NCBI GenBank assembly: GCA_963695225.1
Contig: OY968762.1
Span: 1,408,001-1,472,000, forward strand
DNA length: 64,000 bases
Direction of reading: 5' to 3'
Origin: Vulcanimicrobiota bacterium
GTDB lineage: Bacteria > Vulcanimicrobiota > Vulcanimicrobiia > Vulcanimicrobiales > Vulcanimicrobiaceae
Of this stretch, positions 60,878-64,000 are shown in pieces. The notes below the pieces were generated by a model. That model was not told the DNA's origin and ran no database searches. It saw only the letters and a program-made list of their open reading frames with translations. Both the position numbers and the translations under genes were made by a program. How positions within the stretch are numbered: position 1 is the first letter of the stretch; every line of letters begins with the position of its first letter.

Positions 60878-61504
60878 CTACAGCCGCGTCAGCGTGCCGT
60901 TGCGGAGGCGGGCGAAGATGCGCGCGGTGAGGTGGGCGGCGGTGCCGCGGCGGGGGCCGGAGGCGAAGGGGCCGGTGAGTTGGGCGCAGCCCCAGACGTG
61001 CGAGTCGTCGGAATCTTCGCGGTCGTCGCCGAGCACGAGGTAGCAGCCGGGCGGGACGGCGTCGGGGCGGGTCCAGAGGACGCGGTCGGGCAGGTTCGCC
61101 GCGTCGGGCGTCAAGCGGACGCCGTCGACGTAGAAGCCGTAATCGTGGATCGCGAACGTGTAGGGCGTCGGGCGGTCGAGGTAGGCTTCGGGGTCGAGCG
61201 CGCCGTCGCGGAACAGGTTGCCGTTCCAGATTTCGAAGCCGTCGCCGGGGAGCGCGACGACGCGCTTGATGTAATCGCGCTGGGCATCGACGGGCGGGCG
61301 GAAGACGATGATCTCGCCGGCGGCGATCGGGCGCGGGTCGAACGCGCCGCGCAGCCCGAAGACGATCTCGTTCTGCTGTAGCGTCGGGCGCATCGAACCG
61401 CTCGGAATCGTGAAGCGGATGATCGCGAAGCGCTCCACGGCGAAGATCGCCGCGGCCAAGAGCAGCGGGAAGAGGAGCAGCGGCCAGGGCCGGCGCGCCG
61501 TCAT
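60878..61504 (-). CDS. lepB: signal peptidase I (third paralog)
   Basis: IPSGSMRPTL, IKRVVALPGD, GDDREDSDDS. Confidence 0.88.
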   Translation of the reverse strand: MTARRPWPLLLFPLLLAAAIFAVERFAIIRFTIPSGSMRPTLQQNEIVFGLRGAFDPRPIAAGEIIVFRPPVDAQRDYIKRVVALPGDGFEIWNGNLFRDGALDPEAYLDRPTPYTFAIHDYGFYVDGVRLTPDAANLPDRVLWTRPDAVPPGCYLVLGDDREDSDDSHVWGCAQLTGPFASGPRRGTAAHLTARIFARLRNGTLTRL

Positions 61505-61516
61505 CGCGGCGGCGCG

Positions 61517-62533
61517 CTACTTGCTCATGTAGCGCTTGCGCACTTCGTCGATCGAGACGGCGGCGAGGATCACGGCGCCGAGCACGATTTCCTGCGTGTA
61601 CGACTCGATGTGAAGCAAGTTCATCGCGTTGTAGAGCGCGCCGATCAAGAGCGCGCCGGCGAACGTTCCGGCAATCGTGCCGCGTCCGCCGACGAGGCTC
61701 GTGCCGCCGACCACGACGGCGGCGATCGCTTGTAATTCGTAGCCGAGCCCGGTTTGCGGGGAGCCGCTCGAGAAGCGGGCCATCAGCAAGAGGCCCGCGA
61801 TGCCGGCGCAGGCGCCCGAGATCACGTAGACGAGCGTCTTCACCCGCGCGACGTTGATCCCGGCGAGGCGCGCCGCTTCTTCGTTCCCGCCGAGCGCGTA
61901 GACGTAGCGGCCGAAGCGCGTGCGCGCGAGCAAGGTGCCGAAGAGTAGCGCGATGACCGCCATCCAGATGACGGCGACCGGGATGCCGGGGAAACCCGTC
62001 GAGGCGCGCAGTTGGTCGAAGATGTAACCGGTGCCGGTCAGCGTGAACGCGTCCGTTTCGATGGCGATCGGCGTGCCGTGCGAGATGTTGTAGGCGAGTC
62101 CGCGCGCCATCAGCATCATCGCGAGCGTCGTGATGAACGGCGGCATATTCAATTTCACGACGGGGATCGCGTTGACGAAACCGGCGAGACCGCCGATCGC
62201 GATCCCGACGAGCAGCGTCGCCGCGACCAAGAGCGGACCGCTCAACCCGCTCGAGTTCACGAACAGCGCCATCACGACGCCCGTCAGCGAGACGAGCGAA
62301 CCGATCGAGAGATCGATCCCGGCGGCGATGATCACGAAGGTCTGGCCGATCGCCAGGATCGCATTGTACGTGATCTGCCGCAAGACGTTGATGATGTTGC
62401 CGGGTTCGAGGAGGTGCCCCGAGGTGAACACGTTGAGGATCGCGAGAATGGCGGCAATGCCGCCCGCGATGAGCCCGTAGCGCAGCAAGTGCGAACGCGG
62501 GGCCGGGACGGGCGTCGCGGCGGCTTCGCTCAT
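61517..62533 (-). CDS. sugar ABC transporter permease (RbsC-like)
   Basis: GIDLSIGS, PPFITTL, FGRYVYALGGNEEAARLAG, ELQAIAAVVVGG. Confidence 0.93.
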   Translation of the reverse strand: MSEAAATPVPAPRSHLLRYGLIAGGIAAILAILNVFTSGHLLEPGNIINVLRQITYNAILAIGQTFVIIAAGIDLSIGSLVSLTGVVMALFVNSSGLSGPLLVAATLLVGIAIGGLAGFVNAIPVVKLNMPPFITTLAMMLMARGLAYNISHGTPIAIETDAFTLTGTGYIFDQLRASTGFPGIPVAVIWMAVIALLFGTLLARTRFGRYVYALGGNEEAARLAGINVARVKTLVYVISGACAGIAGLLLMARFSSGSPQTGLGYELQAIAAVVVGGTSLVGGRGTIAGTFAGALLIGALYNAMNLLHIESYTQEIVLGAVILAAVSIDEVRKRYMSK

Positions 62534-64000
62534 GCGGCGGCTCCCGTCGCGAGCGCGATCACGCGGTCGGGCGAGGCTTCGGAGCGCGGAAGCTCGGCGA
62601 CGATGCGCCCGCCGCGCACGACGCCGACGCGGTGCGACATGCCGAGCACCTCGGGGAGCTCGCTCGAGACCATCACGATCGCCGCACCGTGCCGCAACAG
62701 CTCGAGCATCAGCAAGTAGATCTCGAACTTCGAGCCGACGTCGATGCCGCGCGTCGGCTCGTCGAACAAGAAGACGCGCGCCTCCTTCACGAGCCACTTC
62801 GCGAGCACGACCTTCTGCTGGTTCCCGCCGGAGAGATTGCGCACCGTCTGCTCGGCGCTGGGCGTGCGGATCTTCAATTCTCCGATGAAACGTTGAGTCG
62901 TCGCGGTCTCCTTGGCGCGGTCGATGAAGACGCCCCGCATGAACAGGTCCAGATGGGCGAGCGTCGTGTTCTCGCGGACGCTCATTCCGAGAACGAGCCC
63001 TTGCCGTTTACGATCGTCGGTGATCAGCGCGATTCCCGCCGCGATGCCCTGCCCGGGCGAACGCACCGAGGCATCCCGCCCGCCGATCCGCACGCTGCCG
63101 CTCGCAGCGACGTCGGCGCCCGCGATCGCCCGCACGATCTCCGTGCGCCCCGCCCCGACGAGCCCGGCCAAGCCGAAGATCTCCCCGGCGCGCACGCGCA
63201 GCGAGACGCCGTTGACGGCGGGGCCGCGCACGAGATCGGCCACTTCGAGGACGACCGGGGCATCCGCCGCCACCGGCGGCAGGTCCGGGAAGTGCGCCTC
63301 GAGCGAGCGGCCGACCATCAGGCGGACCATCTCGGCCTCCGGCATCTCGGCGAGCGGGCGCGTATCGATGTTGCGCCCGTCGCGCAGGATCGTGATCCGG
63401 TCTGCGATCTGCGGAAGTTCCTCGAGCCGGTGCGAGATGTAGACGAACGCGACGCCGCGGGCGCGCAGGCGCGAGATCAAGGCGAACAGCCCGTCGATCT
63501 CGCGGGCCGTCAACGCCGCGGTCGGCTCGTCCATGACGATCACCCGCGCCTTGCGCACGAGCGCCTTCGAGATCTCGACGAGTTGCTGCTGCGCGACGGA
63601 GAGGCGTTCCGTCGGGACGCCGACCGGCAGGTTGATGCCGAGTTCGTCGAGCGTCGCCTTGGCGCGCGCGACCGCGGCGGCGCGGTCGAGGAAGAGCCCC
63701 CGCAGCGGCTCGTCTCCGAGCACGATGTTGTCGACGGCGTCGAGCGCCGGGACGAGGTTGAACTCTTGATAGACCATCCCGATGCCGAGCGCTTCGGCGT
63801 GCTTGGGATCGGCGATCGAGACCTTCTTGCCGTCGATGAAGATCTCGCCCGAATCCGCCGGCTGCGCACCGGCCAGGATCTTCATCAGCGTCGATTTCCC
63901 GGCCCCGTTCTCGCCGACGAGGGCGTGCACTTCGCCTTCGCGCACGTCGAACGAGACGCCGTCGAGCGCGCGCACGCCGGGGAACGTCTTCACGATCCCC
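62530..64000 (-). CDS. sugar ABC transporter ATP-binding protein (RbsA-like), 5' end outside window
   Basis: GENGAGKST, MDEPT, LSGGNQQKV, DEPTRGIDVG. Confidence 0.95.
   Translation of the reverse strand, partial: GIVKTFPGVRALDGVSFDVREGEVHALVGENGAGKSTLMKILAGAQPADSGEIFIDGKKVSIADPKHAEALGIGMVYQEFNLVPALDAVDNIVLGDEPLRGLFLDRAAAVARAKATLDELGINLPVGVPTERLSVAQQQLVEISKALVRKARVIVMDEPTAALTAREIDGLFALISRLRARGVAFVYISHRLEELPQIADRITILRDGRNIDTRPLAEMPEAEMVRLMVGRSLEAHFPDLPPVAADAPVVLEVADLVRGPAVNGVSLRVRAGEIFGLAGLVGAGRTEIVRAIAGADVAASGSVRIGGRDASVRSPGQGIAAGIALITDDRKRQGLVLGMSVRENTTLAHLDLFMRGVFIDRAKETATTQRFIGELKIRTPSAEQTVRNLSGGNQQKVVLAKWLVKEARVFLFDEPTRGIDVGSKFEIYLLMLELLRHGAAIVMVSSELPEVLGMSHRVGVVRGGRIVAELPRSEASPDRVIALATGAAA

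Overview
Very GC-rich bacterial chromosome segment, mostly housekeeping genes. Terrabacterial gene content (prp, rbgA, scpAB, pdxST) and many Pro/Thr-linker lipoproteins suggest Eremiobacterota/Vulcanimicrobiota; this is inference only. Recognisable genes: mtnP, holB, tmk, an Orn/Lys/Arg decarboxylase, bioY, a Ni/Co transporter module, pdxST, ispE, ubiX, a nuclease-helicase pair, fumC, dinB, nfo, scpAB, gcvTHP with a tandem glycine riboswitch, speD/speE, sufB, rplU-prp, hom, trmD-rplS-lepB-lepB-rbgA-rnhB-yraN and a sugar ABC transporter. No rRNA, tRNA, CRISPR array or transposase was seen. The most interesting items are: (1) a ~22-25.6 kb islet with a 118-aa protein that is half Met+Cys, an XRE-cupin regulator with a small upstream peptide, related palindromic boxes and a form IV RuBisCO-like protein, which is a candidate sulfur/methionine storage or metal-binding system; (2) three copies of a ~160-nt covarying structured repeat carrying two CsrA-type GGA hairpins; (3) an RGPP-ending membrane protein upstream of the Ni/Co genes; (4) structured leaders in front of speD, pdxS and an HNH gene.
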